From positions 224,001-288,000 of the forward strand of contig CBDHHL010000032.1 of NCBI GenBank assembly GCA_965263355.1: a stretch of DNA of 64,000 bases. Reading direction: 5' to 3'. Below are positions 1 to 10,222 of this stretch, in pieces. The stretch is from Leptolyngbyaceae cyanobacterium. GTDB taxonomy: Bacteria > Cyanobacteriota > Cyanobacteriia > Phormidesmidales > Phormidesmidaceae. The translations under genes and the position numbers were made by a program. A model generated the notes under the pieces. That model made no database searches, had not been told where the DNA came from, and saw only the letters and a list, made by a program, of their open reading frames with translations. The first letter of the stretch is position 1. The number at the start of each line of letters is the position of its first letter.

Positions 1-775
1 GGTCCACCACTCAAAGTCATAGAACCCTCGGTCCAGGATCAAGAGGGTTTTGGCCGTCGCTAAGGCGAGTAAATCATCGAGAAATTGACAGTCATGGGCT
101 TTAGCATTTTCATTAAACCAGATCTTGACGGGCAGTTGACTTGCCAAGGTGATCACGGTACAAATTTTGCCTGCTAACTGACCATTGGAAGACCTGCTCA
201 AATAACCGATACGGGAAACTTAAAAATCGCTCACTCACCGCTTGACGACTGACACTCACCGCTTTGGTCCAAAGCAAATCTTTGCGATTGAGCATCCGGG
301 TTAACTCAACCACTGAGGGCACCTGATACCACAACAGGGTGACCACCGTTGCCACCATCAAGGGCAACGTGAGGATCCTCTCCCGCATGCCTAGGGTTCG
401 ATAGTAGGCTTGTTGACTATAGACCCCTGGGCTTAAAAGCTCTATCAGATGCGCTTCTATGGCCGCATTGTCGGGGGCCGGTACATGCCGTCGTCGAATG
501 TGATCTGGGCCACCATCAAGGGCAACGGATCCTCTCCCGCATGCCTAGGGCGATAGTAGGCTTGTTGACGACCCCTGGGCTTAAAAGCTCTATCAGATGC
601 GCTTCTATGGCCGCATTGTCGGGGGCCGGTACATGCCGTCGTCGAATGTGATCTGGGTTGCGGGCATATCGATGACCACTCATGAGCAGACTTAGTAGGG
701 TAGTTCACTATCCTTTAATTATCCTGCTTTAGAGCCTTGACTATTGCTTCACAAGCTTAACTTGTCACGCATCAC
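1..775 (-). mobile_element. Decayed IS4-family element (transposase pseudogene, runs off the left edge of the window)
   Basis: Minus-strand fragments read ...RNPDHIRRRHVPAPDNAAIEAHLIELLSPGVYSQQAYYRTLGMRERILTLPLMVA...FEQVF and, in another frame at 183..1, GQLAGKICTVITL...LLILDRGFYDFEWW (IS4-type DRG motif). Internal deletion/frameshift near 185; putative terminal repeat TTAACTTGTCACGCATC at 757-773. Confidence 0.8.
351..656. repeat. Tandem duplication (158 bp copy + 148 bp copy)
   Basis: 351-508 is repeated at 509-656; the second copy lacks 4+2+4 nt and is otherwise identical. Confidence 0.95.
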
Positions 776-830
776 TTCAGCCCTTATTTTCATGCCCTTC
801 CGGGCACCTCTTGACAACTGCGCTATGAGG

Positions 831-1265
831 TTAACCTGTCACCAATCCCTGTAATGCCAACATCGCGGCATGGGGAATCGCCGCCGCCTCAGTAAAGGTC
901 ATACTCTCAGGCATTAGAGCCAGGGCGGTTTCCGGCACACATACATACTCTGCAAAGCCACCAAACCCGCACTCAGAAATGTCGCCATAGACCGCATCAC
1001 TCGGTCGAAACTGGGTAATGTTTTGGCCCACGGTCTCGACTCGTCCAGCCACTTCTGCGCCGGGGACTTGGATGTTAGGTTTACGCCAGCCACAGAGCAA
1101 CCGAATATAAAAGGGATTGCCTCTGATAAGACACCAATCCCAGTCGTTGACCGTGGTAGCATGAACTTTGACTAAGACCTCACCAGCCTTAGGCATGGGC
1201 TTTTCGATGTCTTTCAGCTCAAGATGATCTGGGGATCCATATTGGGATAAAACAATCGCTTTCAT
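831..1265 (-). pseudogene. Truncated MDR-family NAD(P)-dependent alcohol dehydrogenase / quinone oxidoreductase
   Basis: MKAIVLSQYGSPDHL...GEVLVKVHA...GGFAEYV GroES-like N-domain; it stops right after AAMLALQG, before the Rossmann domain, at an IS-end-like sequence (831-847). Confidence 0.8.
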
Positions 1266-1332
1266 GATGGTTCTCTCTTCCACTAGAAAATGAAAATTTT
1301 TCAGAGAAATACTGCTGCCAAAAGTCACGCTT

Positions 1333-1770
1333 TTACCAGGGCTGGTTATACTTGTTTGCTGGCTGAGGCCATTTCCACACGTACCAAAACATGAACACCA
1401 TCGTCACCACTTCTACCAAGGCAAAAAACACGTAAGAGAGTGGGGTCGTCTCTCCCAAAGACGTCATGAGGGCAGGCACGACAACCCACAGGATAGTGAG
1501 TGGAATAGCGATAAAGTGCGCCCAGCGATTGGCTTTGTAAGCTAAGACACGAGATAGGAGAATCATTGCGATCGCGACCTCCATTAACACGGCAAATAAT
1601 AGCACCGTACTACCTGTCAGTTGCTGACTCATTTGATTCAAAAAGTCTAAATATCCAGGTCGCAACATGCCTAAAATGTCGGCATAGACCATGTTCAAAA
1701 GGACAAAAATCCACAGAGTAGAAAGTAGGGATCTTCTCTCCAAATCGGTCATCCGTTTGCTTGATTTCAT
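1333..1770 (-). CDS. DUF6326-like membrane protein
   Basis: LSTLWIFVLLNMVYADI motif and about 4 hydrophobic helices; start taken at MKSSK. Confidence 0.65.
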   Translation of the reverse strand: MKSSKRMTDLERRSLLSTLWIFVLLNMVYADILGMLRPGYLDFLNQMSQQLTGSTVLLFAVLMEVAIAMILLSRVLAYKANRWAHFIAIPLTILWVVVPALMTSLGETTPLSYVFFALVEVVTMVFMFWYVWKWPQPANKYNQPW

Positions 1771-1911
1771 AGTGTTCTCCAAAACTTTGACTTGCGATTT
1801 CTGTCTCAATTTAGAAAATCAACAAGGACGCGGCTATCTAATTCCTGTGGATTTCGCACATTCTTGCGTTCAGTTTTGATGATGAGGATAGACTTTAGTT
1901 AGGTTTATCTG

Positions 1912-2799
1912 ATGCCCATGCCTCACGCACAGTTTCCATCACCTGAAGGATCTACTCAGTCGGAATGGCACGTGACCCAGCAATGGGGACCGGTCGGGAT
2001 TCGACACGCTCGTCATGTCTGCCGCTACGAGACGAGCGAAGATCCCTGGAAGTATAAGGACGAACATACTCTGGGCTTATTCCTATCGCCGCGCCCGTTT
2101 CAGTTTTCTCACCGGCAAGAGCGCCGCACCCATACTGGACTCTATAGTAAGGGCGATTTGCTGATCACCCCGGCAGATACACCGCTGATTACCCAGGCTG
2201 AAGGCGATGTTCAAATTGTGCAAATTCGGCTTCGAGATGCATTTGTGCGGCAAGTAGCTGGAGAGACGCTGGAGCAGGATAGCGATCGCATTGAACTCGT
2301 TCCGGTTTTTCAGACTCGTGATCCACAAATTGAGGCGATCGCAACATTATGGCTGGCAGAACTCCATCAGGCGTCCTTTAGTAGTCGGCTGTGTACCGAT
2401 TCGCTAGCCAATGTTCTGGCAGTGCATTTGCTGCGGCACCACGCGACCAGTCGGTCTGAGCTGCCTACCTACGTAGGCGGACTCCCTCAACGTCAGCTTT
2501 TGCAGATCTTGGACTATATTGATGCCTATTTAAGCAGTGAGATTACCTTAGCTGATCTAGCAGCACTCGTCGGAATGAGTCAATTTCATTTTGGGCGTCT
2601 CTTTAAACAATCGCTGAGCCTATCGCCTTACCAGTATCTGCTGCAGCAACGAGTAGAGCGAGCAAAGCAATTGCTAAAACAAACGGATAAACCCGTCGTG
2701 GAGATCGCCCTGGAGTGCGGTTTCAATAGCCACAGTCATTTTGGGCGAAAATTTCGGCAGCTGACAGGCATTACACCGAAAGCCTATCGTGCCAAATAG
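1912..2799 (+). CDS. AraC-family transcriptional regulator
   Basis: C-terminal double HTH (LADLAALVGMSQFHFGRLFKQ...IALECGFNSHSHFGRKFRQLTGITPKAYR). Confidence 0.95.
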   Translation: MPMPHAQFPSPEGSTQSEWHVTQQWGPVGIRHARHVCRYETSEDPWKYKDEHTLGLFLSPRPFQFSHRQERRTHTGLYSKGDLLITPADTPLITQAEGDVQIVQIRLRDAFVRQVAGETLEQDSDRIELVPVFQTRDPQIEAIATLWLAELHQASFSSRLCTDSLANVLAVHLLRHHATSRSELPTYVGGLPQRQLLQILDYIDAYLSSEITLADLAALVGMSQFHFGRLFKQSLSLSPYQYLLQQRVERAKQLLKQTDKPVVEIALECGFNSHSHFGRKFRQLTGITPKAYRAK

Positions 2800-2830
2800 G
2801 ATCTTCGACTTTCTAAGACAACAGAAATTG

Positions 2831-4906
2831 CTAAATCAGATCTAGCTCTGCGGCCCGTTTTACAGCGGCTCGACGATTGGTGACATTGAGTTTGCTGTAA
2901 ATCCGCTTGGTGTGAGTGCGCACTGTGCTCAAGGCCACCACAAGTTCACGGGCGATTTCTGGGCCGGACAGTTCGGTGTTGAGTAATCGGAGAACATCCA
3001 GCTCCCGTTGGCTGAGGGGTTCGATGAGGGGTTGGGGTGAGGGGGTGAGGGGGAGCGCGGATGGCGCTTTGTGCTTCTGTCCCCAGGTTTCTAATGCGGT
3101 TAATAGCCGATGAGTGTAAGTGGGTGTGATATCGCGAGTCATGGCCTCTCGCAGCAGTCGCACCATTGGGGTTCCACATTCTGCAAAGATGCGAACATAG
3201 CCCTCCGGTTCGGCCAGGAGTAAGGCCCGTTCTAGCGATGCGATCGCAGTGGCACAGATGGCAATCTGAACATTGCCCACCTTTTGAAAAATCATCAATC
3301 CATCGGCAAAGGATTGGTGTGCCGCTGCGACATCGCCACTAGTCCAATAGGCTAAACCGAGGAAGGCTGCGGTCACGCCCCGTTCGTTGTCGTCCTCGGT
3401 GGGTAATAGGGCCAGGGCTTGCTGGACATGGGTGATAGCACCGGCAAAGTCGCCCAGCGCCTGGGCGCGAAAGGCTCGGGCATTAGCGATAGAAGCCGGT
3501 AAAGATCGGGACTGCTTCATCCCGCTCCCTTGGGCTGCAGCGAGACTTCCGGCCTGAGCCACCCCCCGTTCGGCATCTTGTAAACGGGATTCAACCGCAT
3601 CTAGCTGACCCGCGTTCAACAACACTAGCGCATAGGCCATACTCAACGCTGGTCGAGTCCGAATCAGCGGGTCAGGGAGAGCCTTTATCCAACTCAGCAC
3701 CGTAGCCTCCTGCTGACGATTGCGCATAGCAGGCCACACTTGTTCAATCAGACCTGCCGCTCGTTCAAAATCTTGGGCAGCCAGAGCATGACGAATCGCA
3801 TCAGAGAACAAATCATTTTGCTCATACCACTCACTTGCCCGTCTGTGTAGGCTGGGCATCCGTTCTGGCCACTCCATCAGGGCATGAGCCTGAAGCACGT
3901 CGGCAAACAAATGATGGTAACGGTACCATTGGCGCTTGTTATCTAGTGGGATGATAAACAGGTTGCCACGCTCCAGCGTTTCCAGCATCCTCTGGCTACC
4001 GTTTTGACCAATAACGGCATCACACAGAGAACCATGTAAGCGTTCCAAAATGGCGGTTTGCAGCAAAAAGCGACGGACCGGATCCGGTTGCCGCTGTAAG
4101 ACTTCTTCCATCAGATAATCCACAATGTAGCGGTCATCCCCCGAAAAAGCCGCCACAAAATTAGCAATGTCATCACGTCCCTGGAGGGATAGCGCCGCTA
4201 GTTGCAGCCCTGCGATCCAGCCTTCGGTCCGCTGCTCCAGGGCGGAAACTTCTCTTGCCGAAATTGTTAAGCCCATCCCCTGGTTCAGAAAAGCCGCCGC
4301 TTCGTCCGGCGTAAACCGCAGGTCGCTCACCCTCAGCTCGATCAGTTCTCCGTGAGACCTTAAACGCGCCAGAGATAAGGGTGGGTCGGCACGGCTGGCA
4401 ATAATCAGATGCACTCGGGGCGGCAAATGGTTGAGCAAAAAGCCGATTCCGTCATGGATGGACTGGGCCTCAAGGACATGGTAATCATCAAGGATCAGGG
4501 CAATATCCGCTTCAACTGCAGTGAGTTCATTGAGCAACGTCATCAAGACCGACTCAATTGGGGGTGGTTGCGGTGATTGCAGTAACGAGAGCGAGCGCTC
4601 ACCGAGGCTAGCCTGAATATTTTTTAGAGCGGTGATCAGGTAGGTCCAGAAAAAAGTAGGATCATTGTCGCTCTGATCTAAGGAAACCCAAGCAACGAGT
4701 CTTGTTGGTACAGATGCTACCCATTCTGCGAGCAGCGTCGTTTTGCCAAACCCTGCTGGGGCGGAGACCAATGTTAGTTTGCGCTGTGGGTGGATGAGAT
4801 CGATCAGCCTCGGGCGCGAGACCAATTCAGCAGACCATTTGGGGAGGTAGAGCTTGGTCTCCAGGAGAGGAAGCTCTGAAATGATCGGTCTCGCCGAAAC
4901 AGTCAT
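2831..4906 (-). CDS. MalT-like LuxR-family STAND regulator, apparently internally deleted
   Basis: Walker A APAGFGKTT, LILDDYH, TEGWIAGLQL, WYRYHHLFAD and a C-terminal LuxR HTH (PLSQRELDVL...TVRTHTKRIYSKL); only 691 aa. Confidence 0.85.
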   Translation of the reverse strand: MTVSARPIISELPLLETKLYLPKWSAELVSRPRLIDLIHPQRKLTLVSAPAGFGKTTLLAEWVASVPTRLVAWVSLDQSDNDPTFFWTYLITALKNIQASLGERSLSLLQSPQPPPIESVLMTLLNELTAVEADIALILDDYHVLEAQSIHDGIGFLLNHLPPRVHLIIASRADPPLSLARLRSHGELIELRVSDLRFTPDEAAAFLNQGMGLTISAREVSALEQRTEGWIAGLQLAALSLQGRDDIANFVAAFSGDDRYIVDYLMEEVLQRQPDPVRRFLLQTAILERLHGSLCDAVIGQNGSQRMLETLERGNLFIIPLDNKRQWYRYHHLFADVLQAHALMEWPERMPSLHRRASEWYEQNDLFSDAIRHALAAQDFERAAGLIEQVWPAMRNRQQEATVLSWIKALPDPLIRTRPALSMAYALVLLNAGQLDAVESRLQDAERGVAQAGSLAAAQGSGMKQSRSLPASIANARAFRAQALGDFAGAITHVQQALALLPTEDDNERGVTAAFLGLAYWTSGDVAAAHQSFADGLMIFQKVGNVQIAICATAIASLERALLLAEPEGYVRIFAECGTPMVRLLREAMTRDITPTYTHRLLTALETWGQKHKAPSALPLTPSPQPLIEPLSQRELDVLRLLNTELSGPEIARELVVALSTVRTHTKRIYSKLNVTNRRAAVKRAAELDLI

Positions 4907-5060
4907 AGATACATTCCCCGTATCGGCCTATATTTTAAGCCGGGAAACCTTCTAGGTGAAAGGGATTAGGGCCTGGAAAACCCTTTGACCCTGATAAACT
5001 TTTGCCAGCCACTTGACAAGTAGAGTTCAGAACAGTGTCTCCGTTTAATGGTGTCTGTAT

Positions 5061-6227
5061 TTAGGTTGCCGATAACGCGGTTTCTTTCATATCCGCCAAC
5101 ATCTTCTTAAGATGTTTTAATGCAGGGGTGACAATGGCTACAAAATATGCCTCTCGTAATTTACGTTCGGGGGCACTACCATGAACATAGGCCCGAGCAC
5201 CAGCGTGGAGCATGGCTGCCTGGGACGACCGTAACGAGAGTTCTGATGCTGTCGCCCGTGCTTGAATTATCTCACGGGTCAATTGAGGCTCGGCCACCCC
5301 TGTACAATCATTCAGCTGATCCGCCAAACGATAGGTGCGCTGTCGAGCCATCTGTAAATCGGCGCTGATATCCTCCACCTGGTCATCTAAATAACGATTT
5401 ACATGGCCCAGACGGTTGTTAGAGCGTCGCATCAGTTCAATGCAACTATCGGTCAGCCCCAATCCCATACCCACCTGGGTCAACATAAATCCAGGTCGAA
5501 TACAAGCGACATACTCTTCACAGGGAGCTGCTAAAACCCACTCATCGGGAACAAACGCATTGCGAAATACACAGCTATAGGTCCCTGTCCCTTCTAAGGC
5601 AATAAAATGAGCATTAAGCCGTAGTGACATGCCTTCCAGCTGATCGGAAACAATCGCCATCATGTAGTCTTCGGAATCTGCTAGTTTGGCGGCAATGCCA
5701 AAGTAATGTCCTGGTCCCAGATTCGACACCCAGGGCAATAGGCCATTAATCACATAGCCCCCATCCACTCGCTGCGCCGTCAGGGCAATTTTCTCAATAT
5801 CAGCAAAGTGCTTCATGGGGTTGGACAATCCCGTACCCGCCAGTGTCTGCCCCGTTGCTACCTGCGGCAACATTTCAGCCTTTAGATTAGTGTTTTCAGT
5901 ATTTTCCAGATACCAGGTACAGGCCACCTGACACCAGGTGATAAACCCAGTGGAAAGACAATCTTTAGAAATTTCTTCAATACTCTGGACAGCGGCCTTT
6001 AGACCTTTCCCGGAGCCTTGATACTCTTTTGAGACCCCATGGGAAAAGGCTCCAGCCTCTCCCAGCTGATGCATAATTTGTTTCGGAAATTCTCCCTTGA
6101 GATCAATGTCCTGCACCTTAGGCGTTAACACCTGGTTGATGACCGTGCGTAGATTTGCAATGGCTGGATCTTGATCTAAGTTTTCTAAAGATGCCCCGCG
6201 ATTTGGTGATTTTGAAATAGTTTGCAT
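5061..6227 (-). CDS. Acyl-CoA dehydrogenase-family flavoprotein
   Basis: GTGLSNPMK, GYVINGLLPWVSN and C-terminal ERKLREAYF motifs; 388 aa. Confidence 0.85.
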   Translation of the reverse strand: MQTISKSPNRGASLENLDQDPAIANLRTVINQVLTPKVQDIDLKGEFPKQIMHQLGEAGAFSHGVSKEYQGSGKGLKAAVQSIEEISKDCLSTGFITWCQVACTWYLENTENTNLKAEMLPQVATGQTLAGTGLSNPMKHFADIEKIALTAQRVDGGYVINGLLPWVSNLGPGHYFGIAAKLADSEDYMMAIVSDQLEGMSLRLNAHFIALEGTGTYSCVFRNAFVPDEWVLAAPCEEYVACIRPGFMLTQVGMGLGLTDSCIELMRRSNNRLGHVNRYLDDQVEDISADLQMARQRTYRLADQLNDCTGVAEPQLTREIIQARATASELSLRSSQAAMLHAGARAYVHGSAPERKLREAYFVAIVTPALKHLKKMLADMKETALSAT

Positions 6228-6400
6228 GGCGATGCTGATGTCTATAAATAAAGTTTGATAATGCTGGGCGTATTAATCGCTGGGAGAAGTTGTGAAATTG
6301 ATGTCCATGAAATCTTAACCATGACAAAAATTTGCTAATTTCCTACCCTTTCGAAAATATTGCTGACAAATTATTTCGCAATATGGCAAACCTTTCGACA

Positions 6401-6438
6401 GCCCCCTAAGTCCCCCAATACTGGGGGACTTTGAGTTC
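6401..6438. repeat. Small dispersed palindromic repeat (SDR-like), copy 1
   Basis: GCCCCCTAAGTCCCCCAATACTGGGGGACTTTGAGTTC; near-identical reverse-complement copy at 57221-57258. Confidence 0.8.
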
Positions 6439-6451
6439 ATACTCTCGCAAC

Positions 6452-6994
6452 CTAAACCATCGAAACGGATACCGGCATGGGATTGCTCAATGTGGCAGAC
6501 ACAGGCGACCAGGTATTGGCATGGGCCACCATTTCCTCTAGTACAGCCTTGTCGGCGTCACCATCAATGTCCACCTTCACCCGCACATCGGTAAAGCCAA
6601 TCTGGGGCTTTTCCAATTCTCCAGTACCCCAGGTACTAACAATATTAATATCTCCCTCTAAGGCAATCTCCAGCTTGGTTAAGCTGATGCCTTTGGCTGC
6701 CGCATTAGCCTGAATACCAACTACCAGGCATGAGCCCAACGCCCCCAGCACAATTTCCGAAGGGTTAGGGGCAGTATTGTCACCTAAGAGTACTGGAGGT
6801 TCATCAATGGTAAACGCGTCTAGGTCACGGGCATAGTTGAGACTGCGAAACTTACCAGTACAAACAGTCTTAACCTTCAACGTTTTATCGGCAGGATTGG
6901 CTTTATTTTTAGCTGCCAACTCGGTCAGCCCATCCTGGGGAATGGGGGTAAGAGGGGTGGAAACCTCAGCGGTCATGGTAGTTGCTTCGGCCAT
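6452..6994 (-). CDS. OsmC/Ohr-family protein
   Basis: DEPPVLLGDNTAPNPSEIVLGALGSC motif; the usual second Cys position reads SPV. Confidence 0.85.
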   Translation of the reverse strand: MAEATTMTAEVSTPLTPIPQDGLTELAAKNKANPADKTLKVKTVCTGKFRSLNYARDLDAFTIDEPPVLLGDNTAPNPSEIVLGALGSCLVVGIQANAAAKGISLTKLEIALEGDINIVSTWGTGELEKPQIGFTDVRVKVDIDGDADKAVLEEMVAHANTWSPVSATLSNPMPVSVSMV

Positions 6995-7004
6995 AGGTCT
7001 ATCC

Positions 7005-7026
7005 AAATAGAATGATCACTCTATTT
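7005..7026. promoter_or_regulatory. 22-bp palindrome, candidate TetR-type operator
   Basis: AAATAGAATGATCACTCTATTT has one mismatched pair and lies just upstream of the osmC-like start; a TetR gene lies about 1.7 kb away. Confidence 0.55.
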
Positions 7027-7309
7027 AAGATACAAGAAACTTCTAGGAGGGGAAAGAAAAATGTTATCGATTGGTAAAAAGGAATGTGATACCAAATCCG
7101 AATTTATTTAAACCCGATTAAAAATGAACAATCCTGTAGGGGCACTCCCTTGTGGATGTTCTTCGATAGCGGGCGCTATCAAGCAGGATTTGGTGTGAGT
7201 GGTGAAGAAAATCCCAGTTTTCCAAAAGTTCGTCCCATCTAATTGGCAACGCTGACAGGTATAAGTAAGGTGAATTTGCCTCTTTGATGGATTATTAGGG
7301 TTTTAGCCT

Positions 7310-7780
7310 ATGTCAGCTCCAAAACTGGTTCCTCCATTTACCTATGAGATCGCTGTTAAGAAAGTTCGGATGGCTGAAGACGCCTGGAATAGTCGAGATC
7401 CACAGCGAGTCTCTATGGCCTATTCAGAGAACAGCCATTGGCGCAACCGGGCGGAGATTTTTCATGGGCGGGAAGCGATTCGAGAGTTTTTGACCCGCAA
7501 GTGGGATAAGGAACTCGATTATCGATTAACCAAAGAGATGTGGGCCTTTGGGGAGAATCGTATTGCGGTGCGGTTTCAGTATGAGTGGCGCGATGATGCG
7601 GGGCAATGGTATCGCGCCTATGGGAATGAGAATTGGGAATTTGATGATGATGGTTTAATGCGTCGCCGGGAAGCCAGCATTAATGATAAGCCCATCAAGG
7701 AAGAGGAACGTCGCTTTCATTGGCCTGCACCAGGCCCCAGACCAGAGGATCATCCGGGATTAATTAATTCTCCAGAGTAG
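7310..7780 (+). CDS. DUF1348 / SnoaL (NTF2-like) family protein
   Basis: PPFT...[14 protein letters not shown]...WRNRAE...[11 protein letters not shown]...[12 protein letters not shown]. Confidence 0.9.
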   Translation: MSAPKLVPPFTYEIAVKKVRMAEDAWNSRDPQRVSMAYSENSHWRNRAEIFHGREAIREFLTRKWDKELDYRLTKEMWAFGENRIAVRFQYEWRDDAGQWYRAYGNENWEFDDDGLMRRREASINDKPIKEEERRFHWPAPGPRPEDHPGLINSPE

Positions 7781-7891
7781 AGGATTAAAAGAACTCTAAG
7801 GGGCTTAGCTATCTTACAAAAAACGGAATAATTTGAAGAAGATGCAGACTCTTTCCTATTGTGATGGTTGTCAGTCGCCCATCATTAGGAA

Positions 7892-8653
7892 ATGACTATG
7901 CGCCAGGTCCGTGTTTTGATTTTGCTCTGTACTTGTTTAGTGGCGGTAGGTTTAAGCGGGTTTACCGGGTTTAATACAGGGCTTAATGCTGGCCCTAGAA
8001 TAGATACTACGCTGGAAGAGCAGGTACTTCAGATTATCCGTAACCATCCAGAAGCGATTCTAGAGTCTGTTCAGGCCTATCAACAGGCACAGCAGGAAGC
8101 GGCTCGACAGGCCCAAGCTGCTTTTGTTCAGCAGATGCGGGTAAACCCTGCTGCGGTGGTTGGCAATGCGCCGACTACGGGCTCTCCCCAGCAATCGCTG
8201 GTGCTATTAGAGTTTGCGGATTTTCAATGTCCCTATTGCGCTAAGGCCCATAATCGGGTTAAGGAGCTGTTGACACAATATCCGGATATAACGTTTGTTT
8301 ACAAACATTTTCCCTTAGTGAGTATTCATGAACAGGCTCAGGCATCAGCGCAAGCAGCTTGGGCGGCTCAGCAGCAGGGACAATTTTGGGCGTACTATGA
8401 CGCGCTCTATGACCATCAGGATGAGCTAGGGGAGGCTCTTTATCAGCAGCTGGCCGAGGAATTAGGGTTAGATTTGGAACAGTTTGAACGGGATCGCCAT
8501 AGTGCTGACGCTGGGGCTGCGATCGCAGCCGATGTCACCCAGGCCGAAACCATTGGCCTAAACGGCACTCCATTTTTTATCCTCAATGGCCAAGCCCTAT
8601 CGCCAGCACTAAAACCAGAGGAGCTAGAAGCGGCTTTAGGCAAAATACATTAA
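7892..8653 (+). CDS. DsbA-family thioredoxin-fold protein
   Basis: Signal peptide, EFADFQCPYC active site, KHFPL and cis-Pro GTPFF motifs. Confidence 0.9.
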   Translation: MTMRQVRVLILLCTCLVAVGLSGFTGFNTGLNAGPRIDTTLEEQVLQIIRNHPEAILESVQAYQQAQQEAARQAQAAFVQQMRVNPAAVVGNAPTTGSPQQSLVLLEFADFQCPYCAKAHNRVKELLTQYPDITFVYKHFPLVSIHEQAQASAQAAWAAQQQGQFWAYYDALYDHQDELGEALYQQLAEELGLDLEQFERDRHSADAGAAIAADVTQAETIGLNGTPFFILNGQALSPALKPEELEAALGKIH

Positions 8654-8674
8654 TTGCTTAGAACCCATTAAGCA

Positions 8675-9277
8675 TTAACCGCATGCATGAGAATCTTGGG
8701 CATTCTTCAATGTCTGTCGGGCAATATCAAACCCTCGCTTCAACCGCGTTTTATCCCTGTGTAGTTTTCCCATCAACATTGCTCCCTCAATGGCGGTAAT
8801 AATTTGTTCGGCCAGGTGCTCTGGATTCACGTTGGCCTTTAGCTGTGGTTTGGCTTGACGTAGGGTTTGAGCGATCGCACCCTCCCATTTACTAAATATC
8901 TGCATCAGATGGTCACGAAATGAAGGATCTTGCTCTACTAGATCCACAATTAAATTACCCAATAAACAGCCACCACATCTGGGTTCTTTTAGCTGCTTTG
9001 CTTCCAAACGGTCTAGAATCCAAAAAATCTGCTCGATGGGATTTTCGCTCTGAGAGACTGCGGATTCTAGCACATTGGCCTGGAGTTGCGACCATTCAAA
9101 GTCAATCAGGGCATGACCTAGCTCATGTTTTGACTGAAAGTAGTTGTAAAAACTCCCTGGCGATGCCCCACTGACCTTAAATAACTGGCTTAATCCTGTG
9201 GTTGTCAGCCCTTGACGATGGACCGTGTTGACCACTGATTTTAAAATATCCTCACGGGTGCGTTTGAGGTTAGCCAT
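8675..9277 (-). CDS. TetR/AcrR (NemR-like) transcriptional regulator
   Basis: N-terminal HTH (GSFYNYFQSKHEL) and GCLLGNL motif. Confidence 0.9.
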   Translation of the reverse strand: MANLKRTREDILKSVVNTVHRQGLTTTGLSQLFKVSGASPGSFYNYFQSKHELGHALIDFEWSQLQANVLESAVSQSENPIEQIFWILDRLEAKQLKEPRCGGCLLGNLIVDLVEQDPSFRDHLMQIFSKWEGAIAQTLRQAKPQLKANVNPEHLAEQIITAIEGAMLMGKLHRDKTRLKRGFDIARQTLKNAQDSHACG

Positions 9278-9471
9278 GACAGTGTCAGGATTGTGAGCTT
9301 ACCTAGTATATCGTTCTCGTTTGAGGTTTTTGGTTAATTGTAGGTCATTCCCCCCTATAGATATCTGGTGTATCTCCACCGATGTCTATGATTGCCCACC
9401 ATCACCGATGTGGAAACGGTGGGCAGTATTAAGACGGTGCGTTACGGCTTCGCATAAAAGCACTCTACAGA

Positions 9472-10023
9472 TTAATAGGCGTCGATAGAAGTGGAGCCCG
9501 GTGGACAATCCACGGTTCCCGTTTCCAAATTCAAGGTAGGAAGAGCGTCCCCGAGTTCAGAACTCTCGCAAATTTCAGTAACTGTTGTTGTTAATCCAGG
9601 GGATTCTTCAATAGCAAAGACAGCACCTGTATACCGTTTGAGAGGTTCTTCTACGGGAGTAGCCGTAATGATAACGCTAGCATTATCTGGCTGTACTGCC
9701 ATTGCGTAGGTATAATTTGCCGTTTGCGAGGGCAATCCTAGCTGTAACTCCTCAATTGAAGATGCAAACGCTTGGTTCTCTAGAAAATGGGCCTGTTGTG
9801 CTCGATTCATTGCACCTACAGAGGTTTTTGCTTCACTAGCCTTAGCCCTGTTGGCCTGGTTTAGGAAACTGGGTAGTGCGATCGCAGCCAAAAATCCAAG
9901 AATAACCACGCCCAAACCACCACAGCCCAAACAGCCAAGAACAATCCACACGACATTATTACTCTTACTTGGCTGAGATACAGGCTCTGATTCAAAATCG
10001 TTATTTGAAGATAGATCAGACAT
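9472..10023 (-). CDS. Type IV pilin-like G/H family protein
   Basis: LAAIALPSFLNQANRAKASEAK...MNRAQQAHFLE pilin G/H motif; no canonical prepilin cleavage site. Confidence 0.85.
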   Translation of the reverse strand: MSDLSSNNDFESEPVSQPSKSNNVVWIVLGCLGCGGLGVVILGFLAAIALPSFLNQANRAKASEAKTSVGAMNRAQQAHFLENQAFASSIEELQLGLPSQTANYTYAMAVQPDNASVIITATPVEEPLKRYTGAVFAIEESPGLTTTVTEICESSELGDALPTLNLETGTVDCPPGSTSIDAY

Positions 10024-10222
10024 TGAATGGTACCTAAATTGAGATTACTGGCTCAGAAAACTCTCCCGCTATCTGGCCAATCAGACAGAGCCGACCAGCC
10101 AATCAGAATAAGCAGGAGTTCTAGAACATAGTTCTGCTAGGTAAAAAGCTATACAGACCTGCCCCATCTATCTCTATCGGTAAAGTCTGTTTTAGGATTA
10201 ATAAATCACACTAACAGTCTCC

